From assembly GCA_051294375.1 (NCBI GenBank), contig CM119268.1, positions 16,821,947 to 16,885,946 of the forward strand: a stretch of 64,000 nt of DNA. Direction: 5' to 3'. How positions within the stretch are numbered: position 1 is the first letter of the stretch; each line of letters begins with the position of its first letter. This document shows, piece after piece, positions 52,845 to 64,000 of the stretch. The notes beneath the pieces are model-generated. The model did not search any database. It was not told the origin of the DNA and worked only from the letters and a program-made list of their open reading frames with translations. The position numbers and the translations under genes are program-made. This DNA is from Paraspadella gotoi. Its lineage: Eukaryota; Animalia; Chaetognatha.

Positions 52845-53635
52845 CATAAATAATAAAGATTCAAGTAAATGTAACTTATGTTTTTTCCATTTAAATAATT
52901 TCCACTGGCACAATTCCGTCAAAACTTTATATCTAGCTTCTTCACACACTTTCCTACCCGCTCACAAAATTTCATCTCAATCTATTATGGGTTAAAATAA
53001 AGTAAAAAGATTCAAGTAAATGTGACTCATATTTTTTCATTTAAACTCATTTCCACTCGTATGCGTTTCCACCGAAACTTTATATCAAGCATCGTTACAC
53101 ATTTTTCTACCCACACAAAAAATTTGAACTCAATCTATCCGTCCAATTATGATTAATTAGAGTACTTATTGGTTAAAATAATTAAAAATATTTTAGTAAA
53201 TGCGACTTATGTTTTTTCCTCTAAACTCACATGATTCCGTCGAAACTTTATATCCAAGCTTTATCACACACTTTCCTACCCACACACAAAATTTCTTTCC
53301 AATCCAACCAGCCAATCACGAGTTATTGGAGCTTTTTGCTAAGGTGGGACGGATAGACGGATTGATTGACTGATTAATTAATTATTGATTAATTAATTAA
53401 CTAATTGATTAATTAACTGATTAATTATTTGATTTATTATACATCCTGCATATACATTTAATATAAAGGAAAAAGAATCATAATCAATTAGTGAAACAGG
53501 TTTTTTGTTTTTTTCCATTTAAACTCATTTCCACTCAAAAGATTCCATCGAAACTTGGTTCCTGTTCAATCACACACTTTTCTACTCACATACAAAATTC
53601 CAGGTCAATCGATAAATTAAGTGGTAATAAGCTAC

Positions 53636-53979
53636 TTGTTCAACTTGCATAATTTAATCAACTTGCATAATTTGGTCAACTGACATAATTTGGTCAACTG
53701 ACATAATTTGGTCAACTGACATAATTTGGTCAACAGGCATAATTGGTCAACAGGCATAATTTGGTCAACTGGCATAATTTTATCAACTTGCCTAATTTGG
53801 TCAACTAGCATAATTTGGTCAACTGGCATGATTTGGTCAACAGGCATAATTTGGTCAACAGGCATAATTTGGTCAACTTGCAGAACTTGATCACTTGCAG
53901 AATTTGGTCAACTGCATAATTTGGTGAACATTAAGAATTTGGTCAACTGGCATATTTTTGTCAATTGGCATAATGTTGG

Positions 53980-53982
<3 letters not shown>
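53636..53982. repeat. 18-bp minisatellite (consensus AATTTGGTCAACTGGCAT), roughly 19 degenerate units, inside the HINE
   Basis: Directly visible tandem units. They generate the spurious (MPVDQI)n ORF 53632-53865. Confidence 0.92.
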
Positions 53983-54011
<29 letters not shown>

Positions 54012-54840
54012 CAATCAATCAATCGAACAATCAATCAATCAATCAATCAATCAGAGAGAGAAGAGAGAGAAACTTTAAAAAATTCAAATAAATGTGTCTT
54101 TTGGTTTTCTAATTGAACTCTTTTCCGACTCCTACGATTCCATCAAAAATTTATATCCAGCTTTATCACATACTTTCCTACCCACACACAAAATTCCCAT
54201 TTCGATTTATCTATCTCAATTTTTAATAAACATAATAATTATGAGTAAATTTAAGTAAAAATACTTAAGTAAATATGACTTTTGTTTTTTTCCATTTTAA
54301 CTCATTTCCCACTCGCCACGATTCCATCGAAACTTTATAATCCAGCTCAATCTCACACCTTCCCTACCGTCATACAAAATTTCAAGTCAATTGCCCTATC
54401 CACTCATGAGCAAATTGGCTTAAAATTAGTGAAATATATTTTTTTGTTTTTTCCATTTAACCAATTTCCACTCGCACGATTCCCCTCAAAACTTCATATC
54501 CATCTCAATCCACCTGTTTTCCTACCCACACCCAAAATTTCATACCAATCCATCCATCCAATCACGAGCTAATTGGAGTTTTTTGCCTAAGGTCGGGACG
54601 GACGGACGGACGGACGCGACAGACAGACGACGGACCGGAACATCGTTTTTTTTGCATAATTTATCATAATTACGATGTTCTGACATGATATAAGTTGTGT
54701 GCCCGACAATATTGAGCGGGCGGACCGACGGACCGAAAAAGTGAGTTATAGAGTCAGGGATCTGCTGCAAAAGCTCAGATCCGACTAAAAAAAAAAAAAA
54801 GAATCCCAGGAAAAAAAGTCCCCCCATCTTCCTTTTTCAG

Positions 54841-54919
54841 GTCGAAGGTTACGAAGAAGTCGTGAGGCTTCCCTACTTTCAAAGAAAAACCATGGTGCTC
54901 TTGGGAGCTCATGGCGTCG
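54841..54919 (+). CDS. CASK: CASK-like GuK exon 1, clean copy ([27 protein letters not shown])
   Basis: TTTTTCAG acceptor, GTGAGT donor, 79 nt, intact frame. Matches CASK [26 protein letters not shown]. Probably a redundant or allelic assembly copy of 20487-20570. Confidence 0.88.
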
Positions 54920-56904
54920 GTGAGTCCTCAGCGCTCGTAATCGTCCTCGTCGTTGTCGTAGTCGTCGTTGTTGTTGTTATTGCAATTGAATTGCCGCTCG
55001 CAGATGTCGTTCCCCGCTACTTAAAATTTTGTTCTTTTAATATAAATGACTTTTGATTATTAAATTAAAAATTCAAAGGTTGAATCAATTGCGGCGCTAA
55101 TCTCCTTTTTTCTATGTTCTCGTCGTCGTCGTCGTCGTCGTTCTTGTTTATCGTTGCCATGGTTATCGCCTTCTTGATTATTTTCTTCATTATCGTCGGA
55201 AGAGATGAGAAAAAACCCCAGAAAAAGTAAATTTCAATTTAGATGCAAAAATGAAAAGCGCTCCTTCAAAATTGAAAACTTTTCAATGTAAATAACATAT
55301 CCGTTTGCGGGAAATTTAATTTTGTTACAAATAAAAATACGTAATGAAAAGGCTTTCGTTTCGTTGCGTTTTAAAATTGAGAGAGAAAACAAAGTTTATT
55401 TTTGTTTACAAACAACGAGTTTCGTCTCTTTTTTTTAGTCTTTTTTAGCGCAATGTGAATTTATAAAAATTAAAAGTGTTTAAAAAGTGAAATAGAAGTG
55501 AAATAGATATTAGTAATAATCATAATCTTTGACATAATTTTTATAAATTCACATTGCGCTAAAGAAGACTCAAAAAAGGAGTCGAAACATGTCCCTTTAA
55601 AAAAAATAAAACTCGTTGTTTGTAAACAAAAATAAACTTTAATTTCTCTCTCAAATAAAATTACAAATTCCATTCATTTTTAAATTTAGCCTAATTGTAA
55701 ATAATAATTGTCAAATATGAATATTTTGGAAGTTAAAAATTGAGTGCGGAAATTTATAACTTTACAAAAACCTCACCAGGTCTCCTACCTTTTCATCTCC
55801 GTCGCATCTTTTATGACATTTTATATCCGATTTCTTTTTTCTAAAGGACGCCATCTTTTGGAGATACATAATTCCCAAACTCTATTTTCCTTCACCGCAA
55901 TTTTTTTNNNNNNNNNNNNNNNNNNNNNNNNNCAATTTTTTCCTTCTTTTCGCATCAACTTTCCATTTCCTTTTCTTATCCGATGTTAATTGCAAAAAAA
56001 AAACAAAAAAAAAAAAAAAAACCAAAAAAAAACAAACAAAAAAAAAAAAACAATTGTTCAAGACGAAAAAGTGGATAAAAAAAATCGTAAAACATTTTCC
56101 TCATTTCGATTCTCGATTTTCTTCTCCACTGTTTTCTTCTTTCAGCTGCCGAGTGCCATGACCTTTTCGCTTTCCTTCCTACTTCTTTTTTCTTTTTCTT
56201 TCTTTCTTTTTTTCTTTCTTTTTCTTTTTTTCTTTCTTTTCTTTTCTTTCGTTCTTTCTTTCTCCTTTCTCTCTGCTCTCATATCCGCTGTCGATTCCAC
56301 GTTCTGTTCGACCTTCACATCTCAGTCTTTCGCCTGTTTTTTCCCTCTTGTGACAAAAACAAACAAAACACAACCGGCCCCTTGTCACATATCCTCGTCA
56401 TTTCATCTGATTTCGTTTTGTTTTGTTTGTTTATACGATGACTCAGATAATTGTTTTTTTCTTTTTTTCTTTTTTTTTTTCTTGAGACCTTTTCTGTCGC
56501 GTCAGTTTCTATCGGTCACCTTACTTTTTCAATGCTCCCTAACTCAACTAATACTTAAAAGTAAGTCGAATAGATTGGTCCTTCAGACGTTTTGATTTAC
56601 AAGTGAGTGTATGTTTGTAACGTGGATCAACTGGAAATGCCGTTTAATTTTGTCTTCTTTTTCCTCTCTTTTATATTTCTTTTTTCATTTCTTTCTTTCT
56701 TTCTTCTTTTCCTTTTTCTTCTTTCTTTCTTTTCTTTCTTTCTTTCTTTCTTTCTTTTTTACTTTCTTCTTTCTTCTTTCTTTCTTTCTTCTTTTCTTTC
56801 TTTCTTTCTTTCTTTCTTCTTTTTCCCGTATTTGTTATTTTTCTTTTTTTCATTCCCCAACCTAACCCCCTTTCTGGCATCCTTCCACCCTTCGCGTTCG
56901 CCAA

Positions 56905-57153
56905 GCCGTGTCGTTACATCTATGAGAAACTTCCCTGACTTCCAACCAAATCCGCACGGACCAATTTCCGCACGTTACCCATCACCCACACGGACACAGC
57001 GCGACCCATCGGGGCGAACGAGAGCCGAAGGAAAACCGACGTGTGTTTCGGTAGACTCAAGCAAAATTTTGAGGGCAATGCCACAGACTCGAGTATCTGG
57101 AATAGGGAGTCACGAGGGCCATGTAGCGTGGACAAAAGCTCGGAACACTACAG
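56905..57153 (+). other. Redundant, noisy copy of GuK exon 2 (22651-22886)
   Basis: Shares GAGTATCTGGAAT..GGGAGTCACGAGGG..CCATGTA and the CAG|GTAGG donor. Confidence 0.7.
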
Positions 57154-57561
57154 GTAGGAGATTAGGGACGTTAGCGTGGAATGTGGGCAGAGGGGGGAGA
57201 GGAAAGGATGACGAGGAAGGAAGGTAAAGGGAGTATGGAAACACTAAATGGAAGTAGAAAAGAGTAATGTAGAGAGAATAAAGAGAAGAAAGATAAGAGC
57301 AGAGAGGAGACATGAGAGGAGAGAGAGAGTAGAAGACTGACGAGGCAGAAGAGAGCAAGAGATGCAGAGATATTATCAGTAGCGATAACTGAGATCATCT
57401 CTCTGCTCTATGATTATTTTTAAAAAACAATTGTCAAGACTGAAAAAGTGGATAAAAAAAATCGTAAACATTTTCCTCCATTTCGATTCTCGATTTTCTT
57501 CTCCACTTGTTTTTCCTTCTTTTCAGCTGCCGGTGCCATGACCTTTTCGCTCTCCTTCCTA

Positions 57562-57651
<90 letters not shown>

Positions 57652-60600
57652 CTCTTTCTCTCTCTCTCATATCCGCTGTCGATTCCACGTCTGTTCGACC
57701 TTCACATCTCAGTCTCTTCGCGTTTTTCCCTCTTGACAAAACAACAACAACAACAACAACGCCCCTTGTCACATATCCTCGTCATTTCATCTGATTTCGT
57801 TTTGTTTTGTTTTTATACGCAGTAGACTCAGATAATTTGTTTTTTTCTTTTTTTCTTTGTTTTTTTTTCTTGAGACTCTTTTCTGTCGGTCAGTCTGTCT
57901 ATCGGTCACTTACTTTTTCCAATGCTCCTAACTCAACTAATACTTAGAAGTAAGGTCGAATAAGATTGGTCCTTCAGACGTTTTGATACAGTGAGTGTAT
58001 GTTGTAACGTGATCAACTGGAAATGCCGTTTAATTTTGTCTTTCTTTTTCCTCTCTTTTTATATTTCTTTTTTCATTTCTTTCTTTCTTTCTTCTTTTCT
58101 TTCTTTTTTTCTTTNNNNNNNNNNNNNNNNNNNNNNNNNNNNNNNNNNNNNNNNNNNNNNNNNNNNNNNNNNNNNNNNNNNNNNNNNNNNNNNNNNNNNN
58201 NNNNNNNNNNNNNNNNNNNNNNNNNNNNNNNNNNNNNNNNNNNNNNNNNNNNNNNNNNNNNNNNNNNNNNNNNNNNNNNNNNNNNNNNNNNNNNNNNNNN
58301 NNNNNNNNNNNNNNNNNNNNNNNNNNNNNNNNNNNNNNNNNNNNNNNNNNNNNNNNNNNNNNNNNNNNNNNNNNNNNNNNNNNNNNNNNNNNNNNNNNNN
58401 NNNNNNNNNNNNNNNNNNNNNNNNNNNNNNNNNNNNNNNNNNNNNNNNNNNNNNNNNNNNNNNNNNNNNNNNNNNNNNNNNNNNNNNNNNNNNNNNNNNN
58501 NNNNNNNNNNNNNNNNNNNNNNNNNNNNNNNNNNNNNNNNNNNNNNNNNNNNNNNNNNNNNNNNNNNNNNNNNNNNNNNNNNNNNNNNNNNNNNNNNNNN
58601 NNNNNNNNNNNNNNNNNNNNNNNNNNNNNNNNNNNNNNNNNNNNNNNNNNNNNNNNNNNNNNNNNNNNNNNNNNNNNNNNNNNNNNNNNNNNNNNNNNNN
58701 ACCGACCAAGTTTGTTCTTTCAAAAGAACTCACTCGCAGCGGCATATAGTTTATCTCAATTAAGAGAGATTAAATTCTCAAAAAATGAAGAATTATTAGA
58801 GTCACCAATGACACGCATTGAATACTGAACAGTGAACAACATCGCGTTGGAAACAAGAATGAGAGGATTTGAAAAAAGCGAAATAGAAAGGAAGATATAC
58901 ATGTATATATGCATGTATCTATTGTGTTGGCCATTCGGGATAAAGCTTGAGAGAAAGAGTAGAAACGGAAGGCATAAATAATAATATGTTTTCCTTGATG
59001 AAACAATTTTAATTCTCGAAGTAATTTAATAAGTGAAAACCGTTTGAAGGAAGATTATCGATGAAGTGTTTTCATTTGATATTCTCTCACCAGTTGAATC
59101 TCAAACGAGAGTCTGATGTTTTTCCAATGAAATTAATACAAACGTCGCGGTTTTCTTTTCTTATAAATTAATATTAAACGCGGTTTTAATCTCGAGTATC
59201 TTTTTAAAAAAGACTTGGAAAATGCGGGTGTGAAGCTGGTAAAGTTGCGATGATAGAAGATGACTTGCAGTTGCAGTCAATGAAAAAAAAAAGAAGGAAA
59301 AGGTGAAACCCTTAATCGTAAAAGCGCGTGAGGAAAAAAAAATGTAATAAATAATTGAAGTTCTTTTTATACTGGCTTTGATAATTTATAAATATCAGTC
59401 TTGAGCGTTATCGAAATATGGCTGAGCGTATATATCAAAATATGACAAATTAATTTTTGGCCCGAAAACGAGTCATTCTAAATGCGGAACTCGTTGAGGT
59501 CATTTTTTTGCTTCTCGTCCTAAACGTTTTAATCGTGGTCGTCGTCGTCGTCGTCGTCATCGTCGTCATCGCCGTCGTCATCGTCGTCATCGCCTCATAG
59601 CCGAGATCTCGGGCCACAGGTGATGTTGATGAATCGAAGGCGACGNNNNNNNNNNCGATGATGCCGTCGCCCGCCGATTTTAGGCTCAATCCTCATATGT
59701 TAAGAATTCTAAAGAATATTTGATGATATTAATAAAGATTTATAGAGATTTGGTCCTCCGCACAATTAACTCGAAGTTTCTCGAAGTTTCTCCCAATTGT
59801 AATATTTGTCGACCAGGACGACGATGAAAACGATGAAGAAAACGACGACGACGACGTAAACAACTAAAAAACCGCAATCGACGACGACGACGACGGTTGT
59901 CACCGTAATCGTCGAGGTCGACACGTGACCCTCGGGATCGTCGCCTCGANNNNNNNNNNTTTCTCTCTTCATAATACTTCCACTCCCTCCCTCTTATTCC
60001 TCTCCCACTTTCCATCGTCTCTTTCCGTTTCCACCCCAACTTTATTCAGATCCTCGCCTGGAAACGATATTTCTTCGACTCTTCCTCGCATCAACAAACG
60101 GGTGGGAGTTTGAGACGGACGGAGGCCGAGAGAAAATAGAGGAAAAGGTGGAGAAAAGTGGGAGGAAAACCAGGGGGGCAAAAAAAAAGAGTGGAAGAAA
60201 AATTATAGACGAGTACGGGGAATGTAAATAAAAAGGAAAATAATGAGAAAGGTAGATACGAAAAAATAATGAAAATTAGGCACAGGATGACAGGGTGAGA
60301 GGAAAAATAAGAGGAAGAGAAATTTGGAAAGAGAAAGAGATAACAAGTTTAAAAAAGGTCCTGGCAAAAAAAACACAAAAAACGTGAGCTTGACTCCTCG
60401 AAACCGACGTGAAAAAATGGGGTGTCTCTTTTCGAAGATTCCTCAACACTTTGTTCGGGAATTCTCGGTAGGAATTAACAAACTAAAGAGCGGTCTTTCA
60501 AAATCGATATCTTTCATCTTTCGTCGTAAATGATAAGCATTTGAAAAAAAAATAAGCGTTAAGAAAATAAAACGATTGTGTAAAAGGAAAAAAAGATATT

Positions 60601-60719
60601 TTGATAAAGAAGAAAACATTTTAAACAAAATTAAAAGATTATAAAAGTCAGAAGAAGAAAGGACATACGCCGGAAAAAAAGAAAATGCAAAAAGTTTTGA
60701 GGGAAAAAGCAAAGAAAAG

Positions 60720-60763
<44 letters not shown>

Positions 60764-62356
60764 TTAGTTTCTTATTCCAATCTTTTTTTTTCTCTTCTCA
60801 TGTTCCATCAATTCCGTTCCATTCGTTGAAGGCACTCTCTTTTCTCTCTCTCTTTCTTTCCCTAGCTAAAATGACTTTTTTTGGGTTCGAAAAAAGGCAT
60901 TTCGTATTTGTCGACGAGCGATTTTCGACTGGAGTGTCAATTGACAGAAAGTTTCCAACTTTTTGATCGCTTATGTAATCTTACTTGGCCTACAAAGCAA
61001 TTGAACCCACAGGCGAGAGGGTGCGCTTGGCCATTTTATTTATTTAACGAACCTGACCTAAAAAAATATAAGAATAAAAAATCATCTAAAAACAACTAAC
61101 ATCAAATGGATANNNNNNNNNNNNNNNNNNNNNNNNNNNNNNNNNNNNNNNNNNNNNNNNNNNNNNNNNNNNNNNNNNNNNNNNNNNNNNNNNNNNNNNN
61201 NNNNNNNNNNNNNNNNNNNNNNNNNNNNNNNNNNNNNNNNNNNNNNNNNNNNNNNNNNNNNNNNNNNNNNNNNNNNNNNNNNNNNNNNNNNNNNNNNNNN
61301 NNNNNNNNNNNNNNNNNNNNNNNNNNNNNNNNNNNNNNNNCCCCCCCAAGAAAAAAACACTTTCGCATATTTTTCGCTTTTCGGGGTCGAATTTAAAATC
61401 CGCAATAGAGTTTGAAATTTTCATTTTCGATAAAACTCGGGTCTCACAGTTCCTCTCTCCTTTACCCTTACCTACTCTCGCCCCAGTCGCGGTTTGACAA
61501 TAGTTTCCCAATTCCACCTTTCACCATCGACCCTGTAACTTCAATCTTTAACCTCTATAAATTTGATGTTCTGCATTTAAGCACATTAATTGATATACTT
61601 CCGTCAAGACTTAACCAGTCAACCTTCCCCTTAATATATTTCCCATTCCGCCCTCTTTCCGTTCCCATATCCCCAACCGTCCACCTTCTACTCTACCACC
61701 TCCCCCCCAGCCCCCCACGTGAAATTTCCATTTTCCGCAATCCGAGTTTCACGTTTCGCATTTACACTTTTTTCCTCTTCTCTCGCCTCGCGTTCCTTTT
61801 CAAGGATAATCCCAAACATAAAANNNNNNNNNNNNNNNNNNNNNNNNNNNNNNNNNNNNNNNNNNNNNNNNNNNNNNNNNNNNNNNNNNNNNNNNNNNNN
61901 NNNNNNNNNNNNNNNNNNNNNNNNNNNNNNNNNNNNNNNNNNNNNNNNNNNNNNNNNNNNNNNNNNNNNNNNNNNNNNNNNNNNNNNNNNNNNNNNNNNN
62001 NNNNNNNNNNNNNNNNNNNNNNNNNNNNNNNNNNNNNNNNNNNNNNNNNNNNNNNNNNNNNNNNNNTTATTTTTTTTTTGTTACAGGAGCGGCAAGTATA
62101 AGAGAATAAACTACGGATTCAAAGTTAATTTGGTAAAAGAAATAATAAAATTACTCGTGTTAACCAAGGAAATTGAAATTTAAAAAAATATATAACCTAA
62201 GGAAATATGCACATTTACAACGAGGACACAATCACCATCACATCTCATACTTTTCCCGACGAAATCATATCATTAACTTTTATTCGTTGTTTTTTTCTGA
62301 GTTAATTCCATTGTCACCTCTGATCGCTTTCCATCACGGCGACGATGAAAAACGAG

Positions 62357-62388
<32 letters not shown>

Positions 62389-62679
62389 NNNNNNNNNNNN
62401 NNNNNNNNNNNNNNNNNNNNNNNNNNNNNNNNNNNNNNNNNNNNNNNNNNNNNNNNNNNNNNNNNNNNNNNNNNNNNNNNNNNNNNNNNNNNNNNNNNNN
62501 NNNNNACACTCCATTTGTCACCGGTGAGCTGTTTTTTTTCTCTCAATCTTGTTCAAGTAGTGAAAAATATATGACGCCCAACTCGTGATTCGATTCTGCC
62601 AACTTTTTTCTTATTGCAAGTTCGAGTAGACAATTTTTGGGATCATTTCTAATCAAACTTCTGACTTCGATCAACTTGG

Positions 62680-62710
<31 letters not shown>

Positions 62711-63425
62711 GATTTTTCGTCTCAGCACTCTAATGCTAAAACGAACATTGTCGTCTATGTTTTCCAACTTATTATTGTTAAAAAAATCATAATCTTTGAT
62801 TCTATTTTCCTTTACAAAACCGGAAAACCACAAAGGAAATAAAAATATTTGAAAAAAAAAAGTATTTTCAAAAACATTCCTGCTCGTAACTGTACGATTT
62901 AATCATAGTAACTCCATCACTTTCCCCCTAAGACCAAGTTGGACCAACAAAACAAAAGATTAGAACGCGAGAATGCTTGTATTCACATTGATTGACTAGT
63001 AATACATACGTAAGTAGAAGAAAGTGGTTTACCTTTGATAAAACGGAAAACACCTTCTCGAAGTAAAAACGTGGATTCGGAATGGATAATTAATTTCCGC
63101 TTTATCTCTCAATTTCATCGCAACATCGTTTTTTAATCCACAAACGAGACGAAAAACGATTAATCAGAAGGGATTAATTAATTTTGACACAGAAATAGAA
63201 TTACTATGTAGTTTCCAATTTTGTACCGACATTATCGTCATGTAAATACTGGTGTCAAAAGAGCTAAGATGGCCGTTGTCTCTTTAATCTTTGAAAAGAC
63301 AGTAAATCTGTCCGGATATCAGAGTAGTTTACGAAAAAATAAAAAAATAAAAAACATAAAAGCTCTGAGTGCAGATTTTTATGGAAACTTTAATTAATAA
63401 TGAATCAACTTCGCCTTCGCCTTCG

Positions 63426-63483
63426 GATAAGGGATAAGGGATAAGGGATAAGGGATAAGGGATAAGGGATAAGGGATAAGGGA
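63426..63483. repeat. 7-bp tandem repeat (GGGATAA)n, about 8 units; noisy copy at about 28826-28895
   Basis: Directly visible. Confidence 0.9.
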
Positions 63484-64000
63484 CTCTCTTTTTTCTCTCT
63501 CTCCTTTTCCCAAGACTTAGCGATGAACATGATTTAGGTTTAAATCGCCGATGGCAGTGATTTGCAGAAAAATAATTCAATGAATGTTCGGGGTGGTACA
63601 GATGTGCTAGCATGCGAGAATATTTCGTGACTGGCTAAATTCAAACATCAATTTAATAAAAAAAAACTAGTAAAAAACCAATATTAAAAATTTCGAAATA
63701 ATAAAAAAAAATTAAATAAAAATGACGTTTAATAACCCCAGCATCAGCACAAATAAAATTATTAATACGTAAATAACTAAAATGCAAACCGCAAATCAAG
63801 GTTTGACAAAGGATCGTTGATAAATTATCACAAATACAGGGAGACTCCCGCCGACAAAGATATTTTAATCAATAATATTAATACAAATATATTCGGAATA
63901 TTTTTCAATAAACCCTCGGGTCCGTCGTCTGCGGAAACGACGCCGCGACTTTGGGACTCGCGGATCGAGCGCGGAACGACGCCGGTTTGTTGCGCGATGA

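Larger units (their letters stand above)
51302..54786 (-). mobile_element. Non-autonomous Helentron-associated element (HINE / DINE-1-like), 3,485 bp, composite with tandem internal cores
   Basis: Asymmetric 10-bp subterminal inverted repeats: GTCGGATCTG at 51318-51327 and CAGATCCGAC at 54776-54785. A second IR (54752-54764) makes a 5' hairpin. A (GTCC/GTCT)n microsatellite lies near the 5' end (about 54592-54636), and a short 3' hairpin ends in CTTG followed by a T-run. It is inserted in an A/T homopolymer with no TSD, and the site is empty at 49212-49232 and 20424-20444. Confidence 0.85.
54787..64000 (+). repeat. Direct duplicate of about 20430-29460 (mostly cleaner sequence; 57425-58114 again repeats about 56045-56720)
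   Basis: Collinear through GuK exon 1 and the intron to the GC-rich block AACCCTCGGG..CCGTCGTCTG..GGAACGACGCCGG at both 29372-29450 and 63911-63985. Confidence 0.9.

Noticed and set aside
53636-53982. CRISPR-like array or (MPVDQI)n repeat protein
   Set aside because: Units are contiguous 18-mers with no unique spacers and no cas genes, in a eukaryotic intronic context. The frame breaks where a unit is 17 bp.
36890-64000. True tandem CASK paralogues or pseudogenes
   Set aside because: Intron sequence is near-identical between copies, differences are mainly random indels, and copies are bounded by 25-N gaps. Assembly redundancy plus allelism explains this better.

Overview
This is AT-rich, microsatellite-dense eukaryotic (animal) genomic DNA from a gapped draft assembly, and most ORFs in the supplied track are simple-repeat or N-gap artefacts. 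The one clearly recognisable gene is a spliced + strand CASK/LIN-2-type MAGUK (PDZ-SH3-HOOK-guanylate kinase). It runs from an ATG at 9465 to a TGA at about 32081, with phase-consistent exons. No CaM-kinase or L27 domains are visible, and the SH3 N-terminal exon is probably hidden in an N gap. Most of the sequence from about 36.9 kb to the end repeats parts of 14.9-29.5 kb two to four times. The copies are indel-rich and bounded by exactly-25-N gaps, which suggests long-read gap over-filling plus a second haplotype rather than true gene duplication. Comparing the copies shows a 3,485-bp non-autonomous Helentron-type (HINE/DINE-1-like) element at 51302-54786, inserted without a target-site duplication into a 21-A tract 54 nt upstream of a GuK exon and absent from two other copies of the site. 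Other features are further HINE family members, a decayed tRNA-Leu-like sequence, minisatellites and a candidate antisense gene nested in the large CASK intron.
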